Shown piece after piece: positions 1-8,538 of a stretch of 64,000 nt of DNA. The stretch spans positions 90 through 64,089 of the forward strand of contig JAGPFA010000014.1 of the NCBI GenBank assembly GCA_018056765.1, in the 5' to 3' direction. Each line of letters starts with the position of its first letter. Position 1 is the first letter of the stretch. The DNA is from Syntrophaceae bacterium (GTDB lineage Bacteria > Desulfobacterota > Syntrophia > Syntrophales > Smithellaceae). The notes below the pieces were generated by a model. It did not search any database. It was given only the letters and a program-made list of their open reading frames with translations, and had not been told where the DNA came from. Made by a program: the position numbers and the translations under genes.

Positions 1-260
1 CTTGAAATGACCGTAGGCGTGCAAGATTCAGGTAATAAGTTAACAGCGTCCCTCCACACATCCCTCCACACAAAGAATTTAAAGTCCAACAACCGTGAGC
101 ACTAGGGAACCAAAATCAGCGCGTCTGCCTGGTCAGGCGCAGGGCAGACGTGCATTTGAAAAGAGGAATGAATTTTATTTTATTGAAATTATTACTTTTT
201 TAAAAAAGCGTTTTTTCTCTTGACTGGAACATTATAGGATGTCCCGTTTCACATTCCGCA

Positions 261-899
261 TCACAATTTATGCTCAACCAGAGGAAGTGTTTCAAAAGGA
301 AGTCCACCCAACTGGGAACCAATCAAACTAACCGTCGTATTGACCGTTTTAATAATCATTTTTTTGACATTTTCGTCAAATTCTTTTCGAGATGTAAGTA
401 CTATTTCAGCAGGTTCAAAGACAGGTATCCCCTTAACCAACAAACGATAGGAGTATCCACCGATAGTTGTCTTTCTTAAAAAATTGTCATTATATTTCAG
501 AAATGGTGTGCATACGACTTTATAATCATTTAAAGCCTCCTTAATCGCTGCCTCACGTGCCAATGACTTTTCTTTCTCCAATTGTCTAATATATTCAGCT
601 TCTTTGCTGGCAAGTTGCTTTTTTAAATCTGCAATTTCTATTGCTTTGGTTGCATTATCCTCATAAGCACTTGATACGGTTAGGGACATCTTTTTTTCCA
701 TCTCAATTCTTAGAGCTGTTTTTTCTGCCTCGGCTTTATATAGAGACTCCTTAATTGTAATAATTTCATTTTGAGCAGTTTCAAATTGCTGAATTTTTTC
801 AATCTCTCGCTTATGAAGCATTTTAAATAATAGCCAACTCAATCCCGCTCCTACTAAAAAAGATATAATGAATGATGCGGATATAATCACTTGCTCCAT
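261..899 (-). CDS. hypothetical membrane-anchored coiled-coil protein
   Basis: 212-aa ORF. N-terminal hydrophobic helix (IISASFIISFLVGAGLSWLLF), then a long E/K/A/Q-rich heptad-like stretch. Last gene of a tightly spaced four-gene minus-strand string in AT-rich DNA. No family recognised. Confidence 0.5.
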   Translation of the reverse strand: MEQVIISASFIISFLVGAGLSWLLFKMLHKREIEKIQQFETAQNEIITIKESLYKAEAEKTALRIEMEKKMSLTVSSAYEDNATKAIEIADLKKQLASKEAEYIRQLEKEKSLAREAAIKEALNDYKVVCTPFLKYNDNFLRKTTIGGYSYRLLVKGIPVFEPAEIVLTSRKEFDENVKKMIIKTVNTTVSLIGSQLGGLPFETLPLVEHKL

Positions 900-935
900 A
901 AAGGACCTCCTTTTTTTTCGATATCTCTGACAAAC

Positions 936-1142
936 TTAAACTTTCTCCCACAGCTGCCACTTCAAGCAGGTGGTTGCCGCCGTAACCTTTCTGCCTTTCT
1001 GCGCGATACAGTCTGCATGCCCTGCATCGGCATTTATGTTGAACGGTTTATTGGCACGAAAAACGATTGTTCGCTTACCCGACCAGAAAGAACATGTCCC
1101 GCACTTCTTATCGGTCACTTTATAAACGCCATAGCTGGACAT
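936..1142 (-). CDS. small four-cysteine hypothetical protein
   Basis: 68-aa ORF with CGTC plus two further Cys, suggesting a metal-binding knuckle. 36 nt upstream of the next gene in the string. Confidence 0.4.
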   Translation of the reverse strand: MSSYGVYKVTDKKCGTCSFWSGKRTIVFRANKPFNINADAGHADCIAQKGRKVTAATTCLKWQLWEKV

Positions 1143-1166
1143 CAGATTGCCCCCTTTTAGAAATAT

Positions 1167-1610
1167 TCAATTCGGTGCTGCTATATCGCCGGACACTAAA
1201 TTTAATTCGCCCTTCAACAGATATATTCTTTTTTCGACAGTGCTGTATTCGACCTGATATTCGATCTCCAGATTTGATTTAATGTAGTCGCCTTTTTTGG
1301 GAATGGTTACGACGTATTTACCTTGGGACGGACTGGTTGATTTACATTTTAGTGCTTCAAGCTCGATGAACTTCTTGCCAAAATATTCATATTCGCCGGC
1401 AAGTGTATCATCCATGATTTCGTCAGTCAGTTTAACTAATAATTGAGCTGCATAAGTATTTTCCTGATCGTCAACATCCTTGCCGATCAACGCCAGATAC
1501 ATGTATTTTTTAGGATCAATCGGAATAAAAAACAAATGGGTATAAATCGGTTGTCTCTTTAATAACCCTTTACGTTTTTTCACCACGCAATATCTAATAG
1601 TCCCATTCAT
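1167..1610 (-). CDS. hypothetical protein
   Basis: 147-aa ORF, 15 nt downstream of the 174-aa ORF and 24 nt upstream of the 68-aa ORF. No recognisable motif. Confidence 0.45.
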   Translation of the reverse strand: MNGTIRYCVVKKRKGLLKRQPIYTHLFFIPIDPKKYMYLALIGKDVDDQENTYAAQLLVKLTDEIMDDTLAGEYEYFGKKFIELEALKCKSTSPSQGKYVVTIPKKGDYIKSNLEIEYQVEYSTVEKRIYLLKGELNLVSGDIAAPN

Positions 1611-1625
1611 TTTATGCCCCTCTCA

Positions 1626-2150
1626 CTAACTAAAAATTAAAGTGGTGGACCCGTTTCCCGTGTCTATTTTTTCATGAACTATCTTTCTGCAGTTCTTTAA
1701 TGCTTGCTCTACATTTTTGGTTTCCGATGCAGGGAAGGTATAACCCATTTGGATTTCAATGTTCTGTGATAATGAATCCGGTAGATCAAAGTTGATTCCT
1801 ATTTTGCGGACATAATCCGCGATCTGGCCGCGAATGATAATTTCATGGCCACCGATTTCCGGTGATACCAGTCCAGCTTTTTCACGGTTGGCAACTTCCA
1901 TACGAACTTTTTTAAACTCTTCCGAGTCGCTGTTTTGGATCTGTCGCCAACTGCTTGATTTTGGACTTTCCGCAGGTGATTTGATCTCGCCGATGATCAC
2001 CGTTTTGCCTTTAGTCGCAATGTAATCTGGTTTATTGGCGTGCTGTCGTCCCTTGCCTTTGATATCCCTGTCGCCGTCAAAGTAACGATAACCATGCGCG
2101 GTAAGAGCGTCTTCTGCTTTTAAATAAAATTCACGTTTTCCGTCAGCCAT
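1626..2150 (-). CDS. putative PD-(D/E)xK-fold (restriction-endonuclease-like) protein
   Basis: 174-aa ORF. The stretch KPDYIATKGKTVIIGEIKSP fits the D...(D/E)xK nuclease core pattern. First gene of the four-gene string. Confidence 0.4.
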   Translation of the reverse strand: MADGKREFYLKAEDALTAHGYRYFDGDRDIKGKGRQHANKPDYIATKGKTVIIGEIKSPAESPKSSSWRQIQNSDSEEFKKVRMEVANREKAGLVSPEIGGHEIIIRGQIADYVRKIGINFDLPDSLSQNIEIQMGYTFPASETKNVEQALKNCRKIVHEKIDTGNGSTTLIFS

Positions 2151-2354
2151 GATGACCTCGAAAATTTTAAGTAGTTTTACGCCGGCACCAACTATATTGT
2201 GATGTCAACTGCAAATAAGGACCATCAGTAAGTATCAGTGTCGAAGGAACCGGAGACGCGCATCAAGCTTATTCAGAGGAATTTATCGGAATAGACTTCA
2301 AAATACTTTAACACTTTTCCGTGTTATTTATCCGGTTCGCTAATTTTTCCCGTT

Positions 2355-2717
2355 TCAAAGGTCGGCATCTTTATGAGTTTTAAATGAGTTCATAACCGTC
2401 CAGATAACCAATCCCAAAAGTGAAATGGCGATAATTCCGACAGGGATCACCAGCCGTTTCATCAATCCAAATAGCCAGCCTAAAACCCTGCTGTGATTCT
2501 CCAGCCATTTTTGCAGCTTATTCAGCGTCGTCCTAAACGTCCTTATTAAGTAACCAATATAGCGTACCACCTGAAACTCCGGAACAAAATTAGTCCGTGA
2601 CAGACCATGGAATATGGCCGGCGCCAAACGTTTTGAAGTTTGATCTACTACATCAATTTCTGCCGCTTCATTTACTTGTGCCATGTTAAATCCCTCCATA
2701 TTTCGTTGTTTTCTCAT
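2355..2717 (-). CDS. hypothetical protein with C-terminal transmembrane helix
   Basis: 120-aa ORF. C-terminal hydrophobic segment VIPVGIIAISLLGLVIWTV. Its start overlaps the SemiSWEET stop by 4 nt. Confidence 0.4.
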   Translation of the reverse strand: MRKQRNMEGFNMAQVNEAAEIDVVDQTSKRLAPAIFHGLSRTNFVPEFQVVRYIGYLIRTFRTTLNKLQKWLENHSRVLGWLFGLMKRLVIPVGIIAISLLGLVIWTVMNSFKTHKDADL

Positions 2718-2992
2718 GAATTACTTTTATACCGAAACCACATCACTACCAATAAGCCCGTTAAAGTCAGTGAAAGACTGTTGCCGAATATGAACACGAT
2801 GTTTTTAACATACAGTGCATAGGACAGGATAAACAACATACCGATCATCAGAATGGCCAGGTATGTCCCGCTCAGTCCTGTGATGCATTTTGTCCTGTAA
2901 GTCTTGATAAGCTGGGGAAGGGAACTGGCACACATGATGATCGAGCCGGTTGTCCCCACGATTTCAAATAAATGTCTGACATCCATAATCAT
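2714..2992 (-). CDS. SemiSWEET / PQ-loop family small sugar-transporter-like protein
   Basis: 92 aa with three predicted TM helices. PQ-loop signature SSLPQLIKTYRTKCITGLS is positioned as in bacterial SemiSWEETs. Confidence 0.7.
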   Translation of the reverse strand: MIMDVRHLFEIVGTTGSIIMCASSLPQLIKTYRTKCITGLSGTYLAILMIGMLFILSYALYVKNIVFIFGNSLSLTLTGLLVVMWFRYKSNS

Positions 2993-3603
2993 TTCCTTTC
3001 CATCTTCCGCAATACTCTCTTTTCAGCCCTTTTTCTGGGGGTTCCATAAAGCACAGGATCGCCGTCACCACTGATCATGGGGATGATCAGTGCAGCGTTT
3101 TCATCGGTTTGTTCTTCTTTTTTTATTGAAATTTTCTTCAATTCCTTTTTGGACATGATTTTGCTCGCGCGCCATCCATCGCAATATTCAAGCTTAAGAA
3201 CATGATTGATCGTAAACTTTTTATTCGCCCATTCCAGAAATCTCTCAAAAGTGTGCTCAATCACCAGTTCTTTCGGTGTGTGATAGTAGGTGGGTGGATC
3301 ACAGAAAACACAGCAATATTTGCGGTTTCTTCCGCGTCTTACGCCACATTCAAAATCCACTATAAAATCAATGATTCCATTGTCATAAACCGAGGTGATC
3401 TCCAATGTAAGATGTTCATTCACCCGGCAGCGGATCTCTTTTGCGACATTTTCAAAGTCGATCTCTACATGGTTGTATCCCCTGTCCTTATAGCCGCGAA
3501 TTGTGCGTTTCTGGTTAAAGCGGTGCTTATTTTCCGAAAACCACTCTCTGAATATTTCACAGATGCTGAAATCACTTTCTTTCTCTTTAATCATTTTCTT
3601 CAC
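2989..3603 (-). CDS. hypothetical Cys-rich protein
   Basis: 204-aa ORF (GTG start, or ATG three codons in). Contains YCCVFCDPP and other Cys. Overlaps the SemiSWEET start by 4 nt, which suggests translational coupling. Confidence 0.45.
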   Translation of the reverse strand: MKKMIKEKESDFSICEIFREWFSENKHRFNQKRTIRGYKDRGYNHVEIDFENVAKEIRCRVNEHLTLEITSVYDNGIIDFIVDFECGVRRGRNRKYCCVFCDPPTYYHTPKELVIEHTFERFLEWANKKFTINHVLKLEYCDGWRASKIMSKKELKKISIKKEEQTDENAALIIPMISGDGDPVLYGTPRKRAEKRVLRKMERK

Positions 3604-3665
3604 GGCACATCGATTCTTTCTAGGCTATTTTCCAATTAATATGAGTAGTTACTTCCTTCTGAAAC

Positions 3666-3708
3666 GAAAAAACCTCCCCAAAATGAACGTGTTCACTTCA
3701 CGGGAGGC
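3666..3708 (-). terminator. rho-independent terminator downstream of the 83-aa ORF
   Basis: Read on the minus strand, a CCTCCC...GGGAGG hairpin with an inner GAACGTGTTC palindrome is followed by TTTTTT. Confidence 0.5.
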
Positions 3709-3788
3709 TAACTTTTTCAAACCTCTTAGGGTCTGTGTATGATTACCAAAATCTTAATCACCCAGGCATGATTGTTACTGTAAGTTGG

Positions 3789-4040
3789 TTAATCGTTCTC
3801 CGTTTCTGTATTGTCGTTTATCTGCGGCATGATCTCATCGGGATAAAACCAGCCTTCTTCCAAGCCCTGATTCTTCGGTCTGAACAGGGCGGATAGAAAA
3901 GGTTCTTTTATTGCCCTTCCGTAGGCGTATTTTCCAAACCTGCCATAAATATCCGGAATAAATGCCGCCCGCTTTTTACCCAGCAGGGCAAGAATTTTAT
4001 CGCCTATTGAAGGCGCTGGAAATATAATGGTCATATTCAT
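3789..4040 (-). CDS. hypothetical protein
   Basis: 83-aa ORF bracketed by two terminator hairpins. No recognisable family. Confidence 0.35.
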   Translation of the reverse strand: MNMTIIFPAPSIGDKILALLGKKRAAFIPDIYGRFGKYAYGRAIKEPFLSALFRPKNQGLEEGWFYPDEIMPQINDNTETEND

Positions 4041-4059
4041 TCCCGCCTTACTTTTGCTA

Positions 4060-4099
4060 CAAAATAAAAAAGGTCTCCAAGAGATATCTCAAGGAGACC
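4060..4099 (-). terminator. strong rho-independent terminator (hairpin also usable on the plus strand)
   Basis: GGTCTCC-N14-GGAGACC hairpin at 4072-4099. On the minus strand it is followed by TTTTTTATTTT (complement of 4061-4071). Confidence 0.7.
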
Positions 4100-4165
4100 A
4101 ACTTTTTCAGATCCCGTAGGGCCGGTCCGTCTCTGTCTGTAGATTCACCGGCAAAATTTTCCCTA

Positions 4166-4194
4166 TTTATACTGCCGATGATGGGGAATGTCAA
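4166..4194 (-). promoter_or_regulatory. sigma70-type promoter, TTGACA-N17-TATAAA
   Basis: The minus strand reads TTGACA ttccccatcatcggcag TATAAA (-35 at 4189-4194, -10 at 4166-4171). It fires toward the terminator at 4060-4099. Confidence 0.5.
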
Positions 4195-4357
4195 AGAATA
4201 TTTTTACCCCGAAAGGAAGCCAGCCGTCAAGAAATGACGGTTGTCGTCAGTGAATGTTGCGTTGTTTAGGAAACAGGCCGTCGGCGTCCTCATCGTAATA
4301 ACCTGCCGGGTTTGCATGGCAATTGCACTTTTATACCGGCAAAGTCACGGGACTCTG

Positions 4358-5491
4358 CTAGAGAGACCCGAGTGCAATCAGCTCTTTGATATTTATGTGC
4401 CTGGATTCATCCACACTCAAGCCCTCTTCAATCAGTTCAAGCACACGGTTTTTTTCCTCCGGGAACTTATATCCCTCATAGTCCAGGGAAAAAAGCAGGC
4501 CCCCCTCGCGGTTGGTCCAGGAATTCATGTTATGGTCAAAGCACACCCGCGAAGTAACATTGAGATTTTCGATCATCAACTGCAGCTCCTGCAGCCGCTC
4601 ATGAGGAGAAGAAATATGCAGGCGTCCCTCGGCATAGTCATCAAATATCTCCGTTCCCTGCCGTGGGACAAACGGGCGCGACCTGATATAGTGGGGATTG
4701 ATTTCACTCAACACGCGCGCCGTGTTTTCCGCATGCTGACGCCATCTTTCGCGTCCGCCTAAATCCGGCATCCAGTATTCGGAGAGCTGAAACCCGGCGG
4801 CCATCGCTTTTTTGCCCCCTTCGATCTGCTCGGCACTGGTTACCCCTTTGCGCACCAATTTGAGCACCTCGTCGTCACCCGACTCCAGACCGACATGAAG
4901 ACGGTCGAGCCCCGCTTCGCGAATGGCCACAAGCTCCGGGAGTTTTCTCTGCGCGAGTGTCTTGGAGCGGGTATAGGAGGTCACCCGCTTGAGGCTCGCC
5001 AAAGTTTTGCGCAGGTGCTGCAAAACCTCAATAAACTCGTGCGGACGCATGATCATGCTGTTGGCATCCTGCAGAAAAGCGGTTCTCCCCCCGTAATAGA
5101 GCCAGCTGAAAACATTGGAGAAACAATGATTTTCATTCAGAAAGGCATTGGCACTGAGAAGCGCCCGGAGAACATCTCTGTTGATCTGCCCGTTCTGACC
5201 CGCCTTATGTGAAACTTCTATAATCTCATCCGCCATGGCCTTTACCGTATCGATATCCTTTTTGATATCTTCCACCGGGCGGTAAACAAACGGATAACCT
5301 TTATACATTTCGCAAAACGTGCACTTATTCCAGGGGCAGTTTTCCGTTACACGAAGCAGAAGAGAGGCGCTGCCTCCCTCGCTGGGTGGACGGTAAACCC
5401 CGACCGCGAACCTCAATTTACTTATCTTCTCAACATTTTCCCTGTATTGGTTATTTTGAGGATTTAATGCCATAAAACACTCCTTTTCCAA
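4358..5491 (-). CDS. radical SAM domain protein
   Basis: 377 aa. Cys triad NCPWNKCTFCEMY near the N-terminus, followed by TIM-barrel-like Gly-rich/GGE-type segments (LHVGLESGDDEVL). Confidence 0.7.
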   Translation of the reverse strand: MEKECFMALNPQNNQYRENVEKISKLRFAVGVYRPPSEGGSASLLLRVTENCPWNKCTFCEMYKGYPFVYRPVEDIKKDIDTVKAMADEIIEVSHKAGQNGQINRDVLRALLSANAFLNENHCFSNVFSWLYYGGRTAFLQDANSMIMRPHEFIEVLQHLRKTLASLKRVTSYTRSKTLAQRKLPELVAIREAGLDRLHVGLESGDDEVLKLVRKGVTSAEQIEGGKKAMAAGFQLSEYWMPDLGGRERWRQHAENTARVLSEINPHYIRSRPFVPRQGTEIFDDYAEGRLHISSPHERLQELQLMIENLNVTSRVCFDHNMNSWTNREGGLLFSLDYEGYKFPEEKNRVLELIEEGLSVDESRHINIKELIALGSL

Positions 5492-5839
5492 TCTGAGTGC
5501 TAATATAACAATTTATCCGCCTTTGGCAACGAAGCTTTGTACAAAACTGCGACGTTTGCCGCGGTTTTACACGCCCCATGATAAATGACTCGCACTCCGG
5601 ACAAAAATTGACAATTCGTCTTTTGCCGGGCATTCGCTCAGGGCTCTTTTTGGGGAGCCCAAACGACATAAAAAAAGTCAAATATGTTGCTTGCACAACA
5701 GGTGTTCTTTATGTATAAGGGCGATGCATTTCAAAGGCTTTTCCGGCGCGATAAAAGCATCAGCGCCCGCTCATGCATGCTTTTTAGCCGCGTCGCCAAA
5801 TACATCGATGCCTGACAACGGCAAGGAGGAAGTTAAAGT

Positions 5840-7132
5840 ATGGCTAATGAAAATTTGGAGAGTAAGCGTTGGTTTATCGCCATCGCCGCGGTCGTCATTC
5901 AATTGTGTCTCGGCACCGTTTACGCATGGTCGGTTTTCAAAAACCCCCTGATGAATATGCACGGCTGGGACGGTAAAAGCGTTCAGTACACTTTCATGCT
6001 GCTGATGCTCATCATCGGTCTGTCCGCCGCTTTCGGCGGAACACTCGTTGACAAAAAGGGGCCGCGCTTTGTCGCCACCATCGGCGGTATTCTTTTCGGT
6101 ATCGGCACACTGCTGGCTGGTTATGCCGACCAGGTAGGTAATATCTGGCTGCTTTACCTCGGTTTCGGCGTGATCGCCGCTCTGGGCAATGGTTTCGGCT
6201 ATGTCACCCCGATTGCCACACTCATCCGCTGGTTCCCGGACAAACGCGGACTGGTCACGGGGCTGGCCGTAATGGGCTTCGGCGCGGGTGCTTTTTTCAT
6301 GGGTAAGATCGCTCCGGCGATGATCAATTCCTTCAAGGAGATCGACGAGGCCGGAAAAGTCATCTCTTCTGGTGTGGCCATGACCTGGTACATCTGGGGC
6401 ATTGTCTTTTTGATTCTGGTAGCCGGTGCCGCCCAGCTCTTCAAGAATCCTCCGGCCGGCTGGCTGCCCAGAGGCTTTCAACCTGCCGCTACATCCGTCA
6501 GTGCGGCTGATTCCTTCAAACTTGGTGAAGCGATTAAACGCCCCCAGTGGTGGATGCTCTGGGCCATGCTCTGCCTGAACATTTCCGCCGGTCTGGGATT
6601 GATTTCCCAGCATTCGCCCCTGGCACAGGATGTTTATAAAAAAACAATGGGGCTTCTGGGAGATCTCACCCCTGATCAGATAGCATTAGTTGCCGCCGCC
6701 GGCGGAACCGTCGTGGCGGTAGCGGCCATCTTCAACGGTTTGGGGCGGCTTTTCTGGGCCAAAATTTCGGACAACATCGGCCGCCGTATGGTCTTTCTGA
6801 TCATGTTTTCCACCCAGGCGGTTGTTTACGTGCTGATCGCGATGGGCTATGTCTCCAACTACTATCTCTTCATCGTTGTTTCCTGCTACCTGCTGGCCTG
6901 CTACGGAGGAGGATTTGCCACCATGCCCGCCTTTGCCGCTGATTCCTTCGGGCCCGGCTACATTGGGAAGGTTTACGGCTTCATGCTGACTGCGTGGAGT
7001 GCGGCTGGTCTTATCGGGCCGTATGTCTTTGAAACCTTTAAAGACCAGGCTTTGTATATTGCGGCTATCCTTCTGGTGGTGGGCTTCTTCATCGCGCTTG
7101 TTTACAAGCCGCCCAGAGCGAAAAAGGCCTAG
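5840..7132 (+). CDS. MFS transporter, oxalate/formate-antiporter-like (OFA) family
   Basis: 430 aa, about 12 TM. N-terminus KRWFIAIAAVVIQLCLGTVYAWSVF is typical of OFA-type MFS proteins. RBS AAGGAGGAAG lies upstream. Confidence 0.7.
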   Translation: MANENLESKRWFIAIAAVVIQLCLGTVYAWSVFKNPLMNMHGWDGKSVQYTFMLLMLIIGLSAAFGGTLVDKKGPRFVATIGGILFGIGTLLAGYADQVGNIWLLYLGFGVIAALGNGFGYVTPIATLIRWFPDKRGLVTGLAVMGFGAGAFFMGKIAPAMINSFKEIDEAGKVISSGVAMTWYIWGIVFLILVAGAAQLFKNPPAGWLPRGFQPAATSVSAADSFKLGEAIKRPQWWMLWAMLCLNISAGLGLISQHSPLAQDVYKKTMGLLGDLTPDQIALVAAAGGTVVAVAAIFNGLGRLFWAKISDNIGRRMVFLIMFSTQAVVYVLIAMGYVSNYYLFIVVSCYLLACYGGGFATMPAFAADSFGPGYIGKVYGFMLTAWSAAGLIGPYVFETFKDQALYIAAILLVVGFFIALVYKPPRAKKA

Positions 7133-7159
7133 GCTGCAAACAGACCGACTATAACAAAA

Positions 7160-7188
7160 CCCCCGCAGACTTTCTGCGGGGGTTTTTT
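7160..7188 (+). terminator. rho-independent terminator after the MFS gene
   Basis: CCCCCGCAG-loop-CTGCGGGGG followed by TTTTTT. Confidence 0.7.
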
Positions 7189-7218
7189 ACTTTTCCTTTG
7201 AGCCGATGGGCAAATCTG

Positions 7219-8535
7219 CTACGTTACCGTACGTCCCATCCAGTCAAGATTTTCCAGATCACCCATCCTTTCACGGAAAAGACGATAGTAGAGAAGTTCT
7301 TCCTTGCCGGTCAGCTCCCAGCCGTTGGCAAGTGTCTTCTCCTGCGAAAATTGAGTGTCGGTGATTACGGAGGCGGCATGCCGGGCCAGCATATCCTGCA
7401 CACCCGCACCCTCCCAGAATTTTACTTTGCCCCTCTCCAGAATCGGACGCGGTAAAAGGTCTCGGGACGCCTGGCGCAAAATCCATTTTTCGACACCATC
7501 GCTAAGTTTCAGTTCAACCGGGATCTGCAAGGCCAGGTCAACTACCGCAGGATCCAGAAAACAAATATGAGTGTCCAGCCCGAAGGCCCTGCCGCAACGA
7601 TCCACCCGCTGCAGGGCGTTACCCGACATCCGTTTGGTAATGGCGATCAACTCGCCGTCCAGCCGCTCGCGGGACAGGTTCTTAAGATAGGCGTAGCCGG
7701 CAAACAGCTCATCGGCACCCTCGCCGGAAAAAGTCTCCTGCGCATAGCGGCTGATCTGTTTTGCTGCAATATAATGCATGACGCTGGAGCGGACGAGCGG
7801 CGCGTCAAATGACTCCAGATGATCGATAATTTCCGGGAGCGCCTGCAGGATATCTTCCTGTCCAACGATAATTTCATGATGCTCCGAGCCGATAAAATCC
7901 GCCACCATACGGGCATAGGCCAGATCAGGTGCGTGTGGCATCCCTGCGGCAAAGGTCCGCAGTTTGTTAACATGCCGGCGCACCAGCGCGGCAAGCAGAC
8001 TGGAGTCCAGACCGCCGGACAAAAAACAGGCCGCCTCGTCCGAGTGGATCTGCCTCTGGACGGCCGCCTCCAGACGGCGGCATAACTCCGCGGCCAGTCC
8101 CTCCGGCCCCTCATTTAAAACAGGTTTTTGACGAAGCTCAAAATACCGCTCAAATGAATCACCGTCGTAGCGGCAGCCGGCGGGAAATTCATTTATATCG
8201 GAGGTGATTGCCGCCAGGCTTTTAACTTCCGAGGCGAAACACAATGAGCCGTCACTTCGCCTGCCATAATAGAGTGGAACGATGCCGAGGGGATCCCGTT
8301 CCATAAACGGTTTGCCCCCCTTTGCACCGGCCGCTGCATATTGATAATCGTTTATGCGATCCTCCATCATGCCCGGTCCGGCTGCGGGTTTTTTGCCGTT
8401 CGAGACACAGCCCAGCGTGGCGCCCGGTACGTTTTCGATATAAATATCCCCTCTGCCCCGGTATTTTATAAGCCCGAGCATCTTTGTTACATCGGCGTCG
8501 CAATTCTTCGAGAAAATACCGGCAATGGCCGCCAT
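7219..8535 (-). CDS. asparagine synthetase (AsnB)-like adenylating amidotransferase lacking the N-terminal catalytic Cys
   Basis: 438 aa with the PP-loop motif FLSGGLDSS. The N-terminus is MAAIAGIF instead of MCGI, and the N-terminal domain is short. Confidence 0.65.
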   Translation of the reverse strand: MAAIAGIFSKNCDADVTKMLGLIKYRGRGDIYIENVPGATLGCVSNGKKPAAGPGMMEDRINDYQYAAAGAKGGKPFMERDPLGIVPLYYGRRSDGSLCFASEVKSLAAITSDINEFPAGCRYDGDSFERYFELRQKPVLNEGPEGLAAELCRRLEAAVQRQIHSDEAACFLSGGLDSSLLAALVRRHVNKLRTFAAGMPHAPDLAYARMVADFIGSEHHEIIVGQEDILQALPEIIDHLESFDAPLVRSSVMHYIAAKQISRYAQETFSGEGADELFAGYAYLKNLSRERLDGELIAITKRMSGNALQRVDRCGRAFGLDTHICFLDPAVVDLALQIPVELKLSDGVEKWILRQASRDLLPRPILERGKVKFWEGAGVQDMLARHAASVITDTQFSQEKTLANGWELTGKEELLYYRLFRERMGDLENLDWMGRTVT

Positions 8536-8538
8536 CGT

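Noticed and set aside
49-72. Direct 12-bp duplication TCCCTCCACACA x2, and hairpin at 121-155, as an att site or island boundary
   Set aside because: The repeat is too short, and no matching copy was seen at the other side of the AT-rich region (~4100). No integrase is in the window.
4241-4345. 37-aa ORF just downstream of the radical SAM gene (minus strand, MQTRQVITMRTPTACFLNNATFTDDNRHFLTAGFLSG) as a RiPP precursor
   Set aside because: No Shine-Dalgarno sequence, no recognisable leader or core features, and it lies downstream rather than upstream of the enzyme. Cannot be supported from sequence alone.
5771-6613. 280-aa minus-strand ORF overlapping the MFS gene. Similar long antisense ORFs: 4241-4762, 10737-11546, 22014-22898, 27944-28576, 28679-29386, 44245-44823, 50635-51201, 51963-52511 and 54043-54654.
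   Set aside because: These are shadow ORFs on the opposite strand of well-supported genes in GC-rich DNA. Their composition is R/G/P/H-rich and low-complexity, with no recognisable domains.
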